DNA of 64,000 nucleotides from assembly GCA_963815145.1 (NCBI GenBank), contig CAWFFS010000027.1, positions 448,751 through 512,750 of the forward strand, in the 5' to 3' direction. This document shows, in pieces, positions 41,388-50,630 of this stretch. Origin of the DNA: an uncultured delta proteobacterium (GTDB taxonomy: Bacteria; Desulfobacterota; DSM-4660; Desulfatiglandales; HGW-15). The translations under genes and the position numbers were made by a program. The notes under the pieces were generated by a model. That model saw nothing but the letters and a program-made list of their open reading frames with translations. It ran no database searches and was not told where the DNA came from. How positions within the stretch are numbered: position 1 is the first letter of the stretch; every line of letters begins with the position of its first letter.

Positions 41388-42044
41388 GATATAGGCTGTG
41401 ATTTGGAGGATGATGCCTTTACTATTTTTTTTATCAGATAGTTTTTTCAATCGCTTTATTAAAGCTATTCCAACCATTATAAGTAATTCAGGATCAAGAG
41501 ATACCTCGGCCTGCCTTTGAAACAGAATGGAGCACGTAGCCAGAAATTCATCATCGCAATCATTAAAAAGCAGCAGTATATTTATCTTGGGCAGGGCCTT
41601 GAATTTCATGGCAAGATCATAGGATGCACTCAATTCACAGGGAATGCCGCCCAGCCTTTGAGATGCATCAGTCAATGTATCAAGGCGGCCCGAAAATCTT
41701 TCAACAATGGGCCGCTCTGCATCACTGGTAAAAACATTGAGGTTTGTGAACTGGGACAACCTGTGAAAATCTTTAAGTGCCGACCACTCGTTGTTCACAA
41801 CTGGAGTTTCATTGCACAGTAACAAGTACTTGGAGAGTATCACGCAAACCATATAATCGGGGCGGTTACCGAGATTATCTGAAATTCCCTCACTGGAAGC
41901 AATATGCTCCTCACCGAAAAAGGGAATAACAGCATTTTTGTCCCTTGCTTCTATACCGAGTATGTGTTTTATGGATGGAAGATACAGCTCAGCAATCTGC
42001 CGGCAGTAATCTTTGTAATGGGTTTCAAAAATAATGGTTTCCAT
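41178..42044 (-). CDS. Hypothetical protein (possibly DUF3786-like) whose 3' ~70 codons run antisense into hldD
   Basis: The first ~205 aa look protein-like. The tail after a T8/A8 homopolymer (41425..41432) is low-complexity and hydrophobic, resembling read-through. Confidence 0.4.
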   Translation of the reverse strand: METIIFETHYKDYCRQIAELYLPSIKHILGIEARDKNAVIPFFGEEHIASSEGISDNLGNRPDYMVCVILSKYLLLCNETPVVNNEWSALKDFHRLSQFTNLNVFTSDAERPIVERFSGRLDTLTDASQRLGGIPCELSASYDLAMKFKALPKINILLLFNDCDDEFLATCSILFQRQAEVSLDPELLIMVGIALIKRLKKLSDKKNSKGIILQITAYILFIRFAYLWLIGLQIVHNIILYRFFQRSKIQRTACFPESAHISLCKILIVVTDCWWHVNVIDLGLSSHC

Positions 42045-42378
42045 ATTTCAATAAGCTCCCTAATATAGCAAATGCCATCCCCTCGGTGGCTCGGTCAATG
42101 GGTACAGTCTTTTCATACTATCTGACAATTCCATTAGCAATCCTTCATATTCGATCAAATTAATAATGCAAATTTTTGCAAAATTAACAATTTACTCTCC
42201 TTGGAGAAAAATAGAGAAATGTTTACTGATTGAATTTAAGATTAGCCACAGGGTGGAAAAAGAGGGTGTTATATAATAGTATCTATCTGGCTGAGTCATG
42301 ATAAAAAAACCGGAGAATTACACACAAGAGGGACAATAATCAGCGATGGCCATACATATCCCGATTCGCATAACCATT

Positions 42379-42410
42379 TGGCCGATCCGGCAATATTGCC
42401 GGATCGGCCA
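42379..42410. repeat. Perfect 32-nt palindrome
   Basis: TGGCCGATCCGGCAAT|ATTGCCGGATCGGCCA, located in a 600-bp divergent intergenic region. Confidence 0.9.
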
Positions 42411-42654
42411 AATAATGATCTGAAGAAGGATTTCACAGTCTACCATGTCGTTGAAAAGCACGGCTGGCTTTGGATCTCTGTTGTTGGCAGTTAAACTGGA
42501 TAGGAATAATGACTTTCCCAGATACAATGAATTACAATGGAGGATCAGGAACAAAAAGCGTTTTAGTAAAAGCAAGTTTTCTTGATAACTCTATGATTAT
42601 TACTATGATTATTATGTTATCAAATTTAATACACATAGAAAAAGGACATAAACG

Positions 42655-43497
42655 ATGGATGACATACGTAATTTTTTGCGTAAAGCAGTTTTGCTTGTGC
42701 TGCCTGGCATTCTTTTATTGGCCGCGTGCGCGAGTTATAAAAAGCAAAGCAATTTAGGAATTCCGCAAGGATACTTGCCTTTTGAGGCGCTTCCCGACAG
42801 TCTGGTACTATTACCACCTCCTCCTGCCGAAGGCACGCCTGCTTTCACTCTCGACGAGGATATAAGCCAGAAAAGCCTTGCTCTGCGCGGTACATGGCGC
42901 TGGAAGTTGGCTAGTGAGGACGCAAACCTGATGTTTCCCCATGCAGCGGGCACATTTTCCTGTGCAATAAATGCACCAATCACGGAGCAGGATACACCGC
43001 ATCTTTACAGGTTACTGCTTCGCACTCTTGCCGATGCAGGCCTTGCTACTGACAAGGCCAAGATAAAATATATGCGCATCCGCCCCTTTGTTGCAAACAA
43101 AACCCAAACCTGTGCACCGGATCAGGAGCCGGTCCTGAAAGATAACGGCTCTTATCCTTCGGGCCATGCCGCCGTTGGTTGGGCATGGGCGCTCATTCTG
43201 AGTGAAATTGCGCCTGAGCAGACTGATGCAATAATTGCCAGAGGGCGGGCTTTTGGCCAGAGCCGGGTTATTTGTAATGTCCACTGGCAGAGCGATGTCA
43301 TTGAGGGGCGTTTCATAGGAGCTGCCGTGGTTGCCCGGTTGCATGCCGATCCAGAGTTCAGGGCTGAATTAAAATCGGCTAAGGCCGAACTTGCATTCGT
43401 TCGGAAAAAAGGCTTGCCGCCCCAACGTGATTGTAAGGCTGAAACTGAGGCCTTATCTCAATATCCACCGTCGGCACCCTGGCCAGCCAACAAATAG
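42655..43497 (+). CDS. Class A (PAP2-type) bacterial acid phosphatase
   Basis: The three PAP2 motifs: KIKYMRIRPF, PSGH and SRVICNVHWQSDV. Lipoprotein-like signal (LLLAAC). Confidence 0.85.
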   Translation: MDDIRNFLRKAVLLVLPGILLLAACASYKKQSNLGIPQGYLPFEALPDSLVLLPPPPAEGTPAFTLDEDISQKSLALRGTWRWKLASEDANLMFPHAAGTFSCAINAPITEQDTPHLYRLLLRTLADAGLATDKAKIKYMRIRPFVANKTQTCAPDQEPVLKDNGSYPSGHAAVGWAWALILSEIAPEQTDAIIARGRAFGQSRVICNVHWQSDVIEGRFIGAAVVARLHADPEFRAELKSAKAELAFVRKKGLPPQRDCKAETEALSQYPPSAPWPANK

Positions 43498-43629
43498 AAA
43501 ACCAAGTATAGAAGGCAGGATTTTATCTATTTAAATAAATTTCAAACTGAAATATCAACAGGAATATTGTATATGTTAATGCAATAAATAAAAGATGACA
43601 AATAGCAAGGAAAAGAAAGGAGGTATATT

Positions 43630-43935
43630 ATGCCGGAATTTTGTAGTCCCTTTTCAGTATTGAAAAGCGATAGAAAATTAACAAAGGAAGAATTGGTTCG
43701 TGCAATACGATTTATGGTCGCCGCTGAATATGAAGCCATACAGCTTTATCAGCAGACTGCTGAAAGCACGAATGATAAGCTTGCAAAAACGGTTCTCATA
43801 GACATTGCCAACGAGGAAAAAGAGCATGCCGGGGAATTTCTTCGCTTGTTGCGTGAGTTGGACCCGAAGGAAGAAGACTACTATAAAGAAGGTTATGAAG
43901 AAGTTGAGGAGATGATTGAAAAACTAAAGAAGTAA
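43630..43935 (+). CDS. Small ferritin-like protein (EncFtn / rubrerythrin-like)
   Basis: 101 aa. AAEYEAIQLY...IANEEKEHAGEF carries the ExxH di-iron motifs of the EncFtn-type family. AGGAGG RBS. Confidence 0.6.
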   Translation: MPEFCSPFSVLKSDRKLTKEELVRAIRFMVAAEYEAIQLYQQTAESTNDKLAKTVLIDIANEEKEHAGEFLRLLRELDPKEEDYYKEGYEEVEEMIEKLKK

Positions 43936-43994
43936 TCATTTATTACCCTGCCTGGGACAGCAAAAAAGCTGTCCCAGACAGGGTAATTTTAACT

Positions 43995-44603
43995 TTAATC
44001 AAATGCCATATCAGTTTTCCAAACTTCCCAGACTTTTCCAACAAGATCAGGTCCGGGGTTAAGGGTTTGCTTGCCCGGTTTCCAGCCTGCGGGCGTGGCT
44101 TCAGTGCCTTCACTTTTCCTGACATATTGAAACGCCTGGATTTGCCTTATACTCTCCATTACATTTCTTCCGACAGGGTCAGTAAGAATTTCATATGCCT
44201 GCACAACACCGTCAGGATCGATGATGAATCTTCCTCTGGTATTAACACCTATCTCACCATTATATACTCCGTATATATTTCCCACTTTTCCACCTGCATC
44301 GGATAGCATGGGGAATGGAATGCCTTGAGGGACCATCTTAGATAGTTCATTATCTACCCACATCTTGTGAACATACATGCTATCAACGCTCATGGTCAGC
44401 ACTTCTACTCCGAGATTTTTGTATTCAGGGTATTTTGCAGCAACTGCTGCAACCTCGGTTGCTCATACAAAAGTAAAATCTCCAGGGTAAAAACATAAGA
44501 CAACCCATCTTCCCAGGTATTCTGATAACTGGATGCTAAAAAATTTACCATCTTGATATGCTGGAGCAATAAAATCCGGAGCTTTTTTCCCTACCTGAAT
44601 CAT
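43995..44603 (-). CDS. Peroxiredoxin (AhpC/Prx1 type) with in-frame UGA (candidate selenocysteine) at 44463..44465
   Basis: Two in-frame ORFs joined by a single TGA. The motif [14 protein letters not shown] corresponds to FYPxDFTFVCPTE. GGGAGG RBS before ATG 44603. A hairpin lies right after the UGA. Confidence 0.8.
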
Positions 44604-45048
44604 GGCCTTTACCTCCCTAACTGTATTTTCATTTTTTTTCTTTTGAATCATTTGGCGCCTGTGATTCTCCCACTGGTCCGCCAGTTGGTCTTGCACATTT
44701 TACCTTTAATTCTTCACCCATAGGCATACCTCCTTGTTTAATATTATGCAGGATTAACGATATCTACGTGCGGAATTTCTGCATTAAATTATACCATAAA
44801 TCTCCTAATCTAATCGAAATAATAGGGGCGTAAGACAACTATGCTAATGGTTCTGATTAGTTAAATAGGTTTTATGAGCAGGATATCTCTGCAGACAGAT
44901 TCCTGATCGGTTATTTCTTATCACAATAAATAGTCTTTGAGAAAAGCCATAAAGAACACTTGACATTTTAGAATTGCAAAATTAAAGTATGAGCTATTAA
45001 TAATATTAGATCATTCTAATAAACAGGCCTTTAAATAAGGAAGGTTAA

Positions 45049-45567
45049 ATGTCCGAAAATCAGATAACATCAACCATGGAAGATTACCTTGAGACAATAT
45101 TCCAGCTCAATAAAGAAAAGGGCGGAATCCGTGTAAAGAATATTGCCAAAAAAATGGGGGTTAAAATGCCCACTGTTACCAACATGCTTAAAATTCTCAA
45201 TGATAAAGGCCTGGTTGACTATGAAAAACATGAATATCTGGAGCTTACAGATAAAGGTCAAAGAATTGGTGGGGAAATTCAAAAAAGACATGATGTAATC
45301 AGGGATTTTCTTACTGATATATTAAAACTGGATCTTGTTTCGGCTGATGAAGAGGCGTGCAAGATGGAGCATGGCATAAGCACAGAAACGCTCAACCGGC
45401 TTATCAAATTTATTGAATTTGTGCAGACGTGCCCCAGAACCGGTGAAAGCTGGCTTAATTATTTTGAAGAATATTGCGAGAATGGCTTTAAACCCGAAAA
45501 ATGTAAAGAACACATGAAAAACTTTACCGCAGATTGTGAAGCAGAATTAATCACTATTAAACAGTAA
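45049..45567 (+). CDS. DtxR/MntR-family metal-dependent transcriptional repressor
   Basis: MEDYLETIF...IRVKNIAKKMGVKMPTVTNMLKIL...LTDKG is a typical DtxR N-terminal wHTH plus dimerisation domain. The C-terminal part is Cys-rich. Confidence 0.85.
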   Translation: MSENQITSTMEDYLETIFQLNKEKGGIRVKNIAKKMGVKMPTVTNMLKILNDKGLVDYEKHEYLELTDKGQRIGGEIQKRHDVIRDFLTDILKLDLVSADEEACKMEHGISTETLNRLIKFIEFVQTCPRTGESWLNYFEEYCENGFKPEKCKEHMKNFTADCEAELITIKQ

Positions 45568-45611
45568 AAAATTTTTACCCCGATAGTTAGAGAGAACTAA
45601 CAGAGTTAGTC

Positions 45612-45908
45612 ATGCCTAAAAATAATATTGACGACAGTAATATATTGGAAAAACTCCGGAGCAGCACCGAAGAAATCCATAGACGGCTGGATGTTCAATG
45701 CGCTTTGATGGAGAGTATCCTTAATAAAGAGAAGGATGCTGATAATTATCAGACTTCGGTTTTTAAGAAGAATAATGAGCAAGAAAAAAAATTAATCAGC
45801 GCTATAAGGGATACTATTGATGTTCTGGAGCAGACAAAAAAGTCCTTTAAATCCAAACGGCTGGAAATGTTGCGGAAAAAACTTACAGATGTGCTGATAG
45901 GAGCCTGA
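45612..45908 (+). CDS. Hypothetical coiled-coil protein
   Basis: 98 aa, charged and helical. Sits between the repressor gene and a terminator. I recognise no motif. Confidence 0.4.
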   Translation: MPKNNIDDSNILEKLRSSTEEIHRRLDVQCALMESILNKEKDADNYQTSVFKKNNEQEKKLISAIRDTIDVLEQTKKSFKSKRLEMLRKKLTDVLIGA

Positions 45909-45999
45909 TACATAAAACCTCCAACCATAAATTATCAATTTATGGTTGTTAAATCGGAATGTCTTACGGTCTTTGGCCTAAAGGCGCAAAGAAAGTGAA

Positions 46000-46046
46000 G
46001 GCGTAACTGACGGTAAAGTTATTACCGGCCGGTTACGCCTTTTTTA
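46000..46046 (+). terminator. Intrinsic terminator between the repressor unit and feoA
   Basis: Stem GGCGUAAC / GUUACGCC followed by U6. Confidence 0.65.
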
Positions 46047-46064
46047 TATTTAAAGGAGGATAAT

Positions 46065-46298
46065 ATGATTATGACAATAGGAAGCCTGGAAATGAACGAA
46101 ATAGCAAAAATTTCAGGCTATGCAAAAGAAGCCAGGCCTTTGATGAGCAGGCTGTTATCCATGGGACTCACAAAGGGAACGGAAATAAAGGTGGTGCGTG
46201 TGGCGCCTCTTGGTGACCCCATAGAGATAAATATAAGGGGATTTAACTTGAGTCTCAGGAAGGCTGAGGCTGAAGCTGTCCTCGTGGAAAGGAGTTAA
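46065..46298 (+). CDS. feoA: Ferrous iron transport protein A
   Basis: 77 aa. FeoA SH3-like pattern L..MGL..G..I.V......GDPIEI.IRG..LSLRK.EA. GGAGG RBS. Confidence 0.8.
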   Translation: MIMTIGSLEMNEIAKISGYAKEARPLMSRLLSMGLTKGTEIKVVRVAPLGDPIEINIRGFNLSLRKAEAEAVLVERS

Positions 46299-46302
46299 TA
46301 AG

Positions 46303-48624
46303 ATGAGTTCAATAACAATTAGCCTTGCAGGCAATCCCAATTGCGGAAAGACCACTTTATTCAACTGTCTTACAGGGGCAAAGCAAAGAGTGGGAAACTG
46401 GCCGGGGGTAACGGTTGAGAGAAAAACCGGTGTTTATAGTCATAAGGGTAAGGAAATAGAGGTTGTTGACCTTCCGGGAATATATTCCCTTTCTGCAACT
46501 TCCCTGGATGAAAAAATATCCAGAGACTTTGTTATATCCAGAGAGCCCGGTCTCATCCTGAATATAATAGATGCCTCAAACCTTGAAAGAAATTTGTATC
46601 TTACTGTTCAACTCCTTGAAATGAAGGTCCCCATGGTTGTGGCCCTCAATATGATGGATATTGCTGAGCAACACAAGATCAGGGTAAATATTGAAAAACT
46701 TGGAAAATATCTGGACTGCCCGGTAATTCCCATTGTTGCAAGCAGGAACCAGGGAATAGATAACCTCAGGGATGCTGTAAACAATACAGCAGTATCCGGA
46801 AAGATCCCCGAAGCAGGCTTTAGATATCCAGCCAAGATTGAACAGACAATAGAGTCCTTTAAAACTCTCCTAAAAGAACAGGCCGTGGCCAGGAATCTGG
46901 ACAGCAGGTGGCTGGCAATTAAACTCCTTGAAGAAGATGAAATGGCAGAGGAACTTGCCGAAAAAATATCTTCATCCGAACTGGAAGAAGCAAGGAAAAA
47001 GATGGACAAGATCCTTGATGATGATCCTGACATAATCATTGCGGACGCCCGGTACGGTTTTATCAACGGTGCATGCAGGGATGCGGTCGAAAAAAAATAC
47101 GAGGTCAGAAGAACCGTTTCGGATGACATTGATAATATTCTACTGAACCGGATTCTGGGCATCCCCGTATTTCTCGTGGCAATGTATGCGACATTCATGG
47201 TAACTATTAATATCGGGGGATGCTTTATAAATTTTTTTGATATTCTCTTCGGGACTGTGTTTGTTGAAGGTTTAGGCGCTGTTCTTAAAACTCTCCATTT
47301 TCCTGCATGGCTTGTTACCTTTCTTGCCGGAGGAATAGGCGGCGGTATACAGACGATGTCTACATTTATTCCACCCATAGGATTCATGTTTTTGTGCCTG
47401 GCAGTACTTGAAGACTCCGGTTATATGTCCCGTGCAGCCTTTGTAATGGACAGGTTTATGCGCTATGTAGGACTTCCGGGAAAATCATTTGTTCCCATGC
47501 TTGTGGGTTTCGGTTGTAATGTACCGGCTATTATGGCTACAAGGACACTTGATAATGAAAGGGACAGGACTCTGACCATAATGATGAATCCCTTCATGTC
47601 CTGCGGCGCAAGGCTTCCGGTTTATGCACTCTTTGCTGCGGCTTTCTTTCCTACATCAGGAAGTGCGCTTGTTTTCGGACTTTACATCGCTGGAATACTC
47701 CTTGCCATTATGACGGGCTTTATCCTCAAAAGCACTGTTCTTAAAGGGGAAATATCCCATTTTATAATGGAACTTCCTCCCTATCATTTCCCAACAGTCA
47801 GAGGTATTCTATATCATGCATATGAAAGGCTTAAAACCTTTATGTTCCGTGCCGGAAGAGTGTTGATACCCATCTTCGTGATACTTGCCTTTCTTAATGC
47901 ACTGGGCAGCAACGGCAGTTTCGGCAATGAAAACAGTAAAAACTCGATACTGAGTGCAGCAGGCCGTGCTATTACACCCGTATTCGAACCTATGGGACTA
48001 ACCGAAAAGAACTGGCCGGCTACAGTGGGGATCTTTACAGGGATCTTTGCAAAGGAAGCGATAGTGGGAACACTTGATGCGTTATATACCTCCATGGCCA
48101 AAGAAGATAGTGGCAAAGAGATGGAAAATTTTGATTTCATCGGCAATGTTGCTGAGGCATTCGGATCCATACCTGCCGCATTCTCTAAACTTGGCAGGAC
48201 CGTGACAGATCCCCTTGGCATAAGTGTTGGTGATGTTTCGAATGTTGATACTGCTGCCGGAGAGCAGGGGGTAAGCAAAACAACATTTGGCACAATGGTG
48301 GCAAGTTTTGACGGAAGGATCGGGGCAATCGCTTATCTCTTATTTATCCTTATTTATTATCCATGTCTGGCCGCCATTTCGGCTATATACCGTGAAACCA
48401 ATATAAAGTGGACCATCTTTGCAGGGACTTATTTAACTCTGCTTGCCTGGGTGGTTGCAACGTTGTTTTATCAACTCGGAACATTCATAAGACACCCCGG
48501 TACTTCGATGATGTGGGTTGTCATCCTGGGGGCGGTCTTTGGGGCATTTGTGTTCGGCATGAAAAAGGCTGCCGGAACAACCCCGGACAGGAAAAGTCGT
48601 TTTCATAAACTTAAAACTGTATAG
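46303..48624 (+). CDS. feoB: Ferrous iron transporter FeoB
   Basis: N-terminal G-domain (GNPNCGKTTLFN, DLPG), then a polytopic membrane domain. 773 aa. Confidence 0.95.
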   Translation: MSSITISLAGNPNCGKTTLFNCLTGAKQRVGNWPGVTVERKTGVYSHKGKEIEVVDLPGIYSLSATSLDEKISRDFVISREPGLILNIIDASNLERNLYLTVQLLEMKVPMVVALNMMDIAEQHKIRVNIEKLGKYLDCPVIPIVASRNQGIDNLRDAVNNTAVSGKIPEAGFRYPAKIEQTIESFKTLLKEQAVARNLDSRWLAIKLLEEDEMAEELAEKISSSELEEARKKMDKILDDDPDIIIADARYGFINGACRDAVEKKYEVRRTVSDDIDNILLNRILGIPVFLVAMYATFMVTINIGGCFINFFDILFGTVFVEGLGAVLKTLHFPAWLVTFLAGGIGGGIQTMSTFIPPIGFMFLCLAVLEDSGYMSRAAFVMDRFMRYVGLPGKSFVPMLVGFGCNVPAIMATRTLDNERDRTLTIMMNPFMSCGARLPVYALFAAAFFPTSGSALVFGLYIAGILLAIMTGFILKSTVLKGEISHFIMELPPYHFPTVRGILYHAYERLKTFMFRAGRVLIPIFVILAFLNALGSNGSFGNENSKNSILSAAGRAITPVFEPMGLTEKNWPATVGIFTGIFAKEAIVGTLDALYTSMAKEDSGKEMENFDFIGNVAEAFGSIPAAFSKLGRTVTDPLGISVGDVSNVDTAAGEQGVSKTTFGTMVASFDGRIGAIAYLLFILIYYPCLAAISAIYRETNIKWTIFAGTYLTLLAWVVATLFYQLGTFIRHPGTSMMWVVILGAVFGAFVFGMKKAAGTTPDRKSRFHKLKTV

Positions 48625-48646
48625 ATACAATTGGAGATTAAATAAA

Positions 48647-48886
48647 ATGATACTCTCAGATATAAAAGAATATTTTGCAAAGCATCCTGCTGCATCTCTT
48701 TCTGACCTTTCCATCCGCTTCAATGTTGAGCCGGAGGCTATGAGGGGAATGCTGGAGCACTGGATACGAAAAGAAAAACTGCGCAAGCTGGATCACGCCC
48801 CTTCATGTCCAAACTGCTGTTCAAACTGCAATTCGCATCACCTGGAAATATATGAGTGGACTGGTAAAAGGAGCGGAACATGTTAA
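48647..48886 (+). CDS. feoC: FeoC-like winged-helix protein with a C-terminal Cys cluster
   Basis: 79 aa. MILSDIKEYF....ASLSDLS..F matches the FeoC N-terminus. Cys cluster CPNCCSNC. Confidence 0.6.
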   Translation: MILSDIKEYFAKHPAASLSDLSIRFNVEPEAMRGMLEHWIRKEKLRKLDHAPSCPNCCSNCNSHHLEIYEWTGKRSGTC

Positions 48887-49224
48887 ATGATCTTCAGTGT
48901 GAAAAGGACAAATTCCGGGCGCTGATTGAAGAAGACATTATCGGCAATGTGGTAGAAAGGCTCAATATAAAGCATAGAAAGCCTCTCATGTCTCTGGCCA
49001 TGGGCAGGCCGGGTGAAAGACTGATTATTGTTGAGGTGAGAGCAGGAAGGCATGCCAGGGAAAGACTCACCTCTCTCGGGCTTAATCCCGGAGACCTGGT
49101 AGAAATAATCAATAACAGCAAAGATGGCAGGCTGGTGATCGGCCATAACAATACACGTGTAGCCATAGGCAGGGGAATCGGAGAGAAAATTCTTGTTACA
49201 GTATCCGATAATATCAAAAGTTAG
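48880..49224 (+). CDS. Second FeoA-domain protein
   Basis: The C-terminal 75 aa read G..L.IVEV..G....RL.SLGL.PG..VEI.....G..VI......VAIGRG...KILV. Confidence 0.7.
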   Translation: MLNDLQCEKDKFRALIEEDIIGNVVERLNIKHRKPLMSLAMGRPGERLIIVEVRAGRHARERLTSLGLNPGDLVEIINNSKDGRLVIGHNNTRVAIGRGIGEKILVTVSDNIKS

Positions 49225-49299
49225 ATTTTTGGCTTATTTACAATAAACGAGTAAGGAATAAAGAAATAGTATAAAGAAAATAAATAAAGGATCTCAGTT

Positions 49300-50391
49300 G
49301 TGAAAATAGATATTATCAAGATTACTTTTGTTACACTTTTTTTCTTAATCGCAGGTTTTGTGTCTGCACCGGTTGCAAGTTCAGGTGTATCAGGTAATTC
49401 GGACATAAAACCGGAAACCACAAATCCTGATAACGGATTATTTCAATCGGCTCTGGATGGGATTAATATAACCGGAGGAATCAGCGCGGGTTATTTTTAT
49501 GCATCCCATCCAGGGGAAGATACATCCGACGATGAATTTCTCCTTTCCAACTTTCTTATAGATATCTCGTCATCAGATGAGGACCTCCCCGTGGAATTTG
49601 TAGGGGCATTCGGCGAGACTTCTACACCATCGCTCCTGGACACTCCTGAAAACAATTCCAAATTCAGGGTAGAGTATGCATCCCTGAAATTAAAACCTGT
49701 CATCGGGTTAAGCCTGGAGGCCGGTCTGCTCCAGCCGAATGCCGGTTATGAAAACACATATACCTTCAACAACAAAAACATCATCCTGGGTGCGGTCGCT
49801 TCCCAGCAACCCTATAATGCCTATGGTGCCAGGATCGGATATGATGTGAACGGACTTTGTTTATGGGGCGGATATTTCAAGGAAAGACTTGCTGATGAGG
49901 AATACAATTCCCCTGATGCTGCCTGGGAAATCGGTTTAAGTACCTCCACCGGTGGTAATAACGTCACCCTGTATCATTATTACATCAAGGGGCAGAGGAA
50001 TCTGTCAGGAGCAGTTATTGAGCGCTCCATAGGTGATATTGACCTTGCATTTGTAATCGATTACTGGAGATGGGACAGTTCCGTGAAGAATTTATACGGA
50101 AGCAGGTCGTCCGTCGGTGGGGCGTTCTATATCTGTCCTAATTTTGGCAGGTTCTCGATCCCGCTGCGGCTTGAATACATCGACCAGAATAAAAGCCTGA
50201 TTTATATTGAAAGTCCGAACACAAAATATATATACACGGTAACAGTAAGCCCTACCTGGCATTTTAAAGAGAATGCCTATATCAGGGAGGAATCAGCCTA
50301 TGTAAAGGCTGATAAAGCATTTGCCGATGAAGATGGACACATCAGAGATAACAGAATAAATCTGGCAATAGAGTTGGGGTTCAAATTTTAA
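49300..50391 (+). CDS. Outer-membrane beta-barrel (porin-like) protein
   Basis: Signal peptide, alternating aromatic/Gly-rich strands, C-terminal ...ELGFKF (terminal Phe). GTG start. Confidence 0.5.
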   Translation: MKIDIIKITFVTLFFLIAGFVSAPVASSGVSGNSDIKPETTNPDNGLFQSALDGINITGGISAGYFYASHPGEDTSDDEFLLSNFLIDISSSDEDLPVEFVGAFGETSTPSLLDTPENNSKFRVEYASLKLKPVIGLSLEAGLLQPNAGYENTYTFNNKNIILGAVASQQPYNAYGARIGYDVNGLCLWGGYFKERLADEEYNSPDAAWEIGLSTSTGGNNVTLYHYYIKGQRNLSGAVIERSIGDIDLAFVIDYWRWDSSVKNLYGSRSSVGGAFYICPNFGRFSIPLRLEYIDQNKSLIYIESPNTKYIYTVTVSPTWHFKENAYIREESAYVKADKAFADEDGHIRDNRINLAIELGFKF

Positions 50392-50630
50392 ACAGGTGCG
50401 TCCTTCCCTTAATTTACACTGGAAAAAATACCTGTTAAATTTTATCTTGAATTACGGACATGGCAACTATAAAAATAATGAGGAAAAGGATCTAATTACA
50501 GCGCAGTTTGCTTTTGAATTTTAATTATTGCCCATCCAATAAAATTTTTTCAAGTATGATATTGATCATTTTCTGATAAAGTTATATTAAGTCATAATGT
50601 TTTCTGAGTTTTAATTCAAAGCGTGTTTGT

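Noticed and set aside
43630-43935. Encapsulin nanocompartment system
   Set aside because: Only the ferritin-like cargo-type gene is present. There is no adjacent HK97-fold shell gene and no C-terminal targeting peptide.
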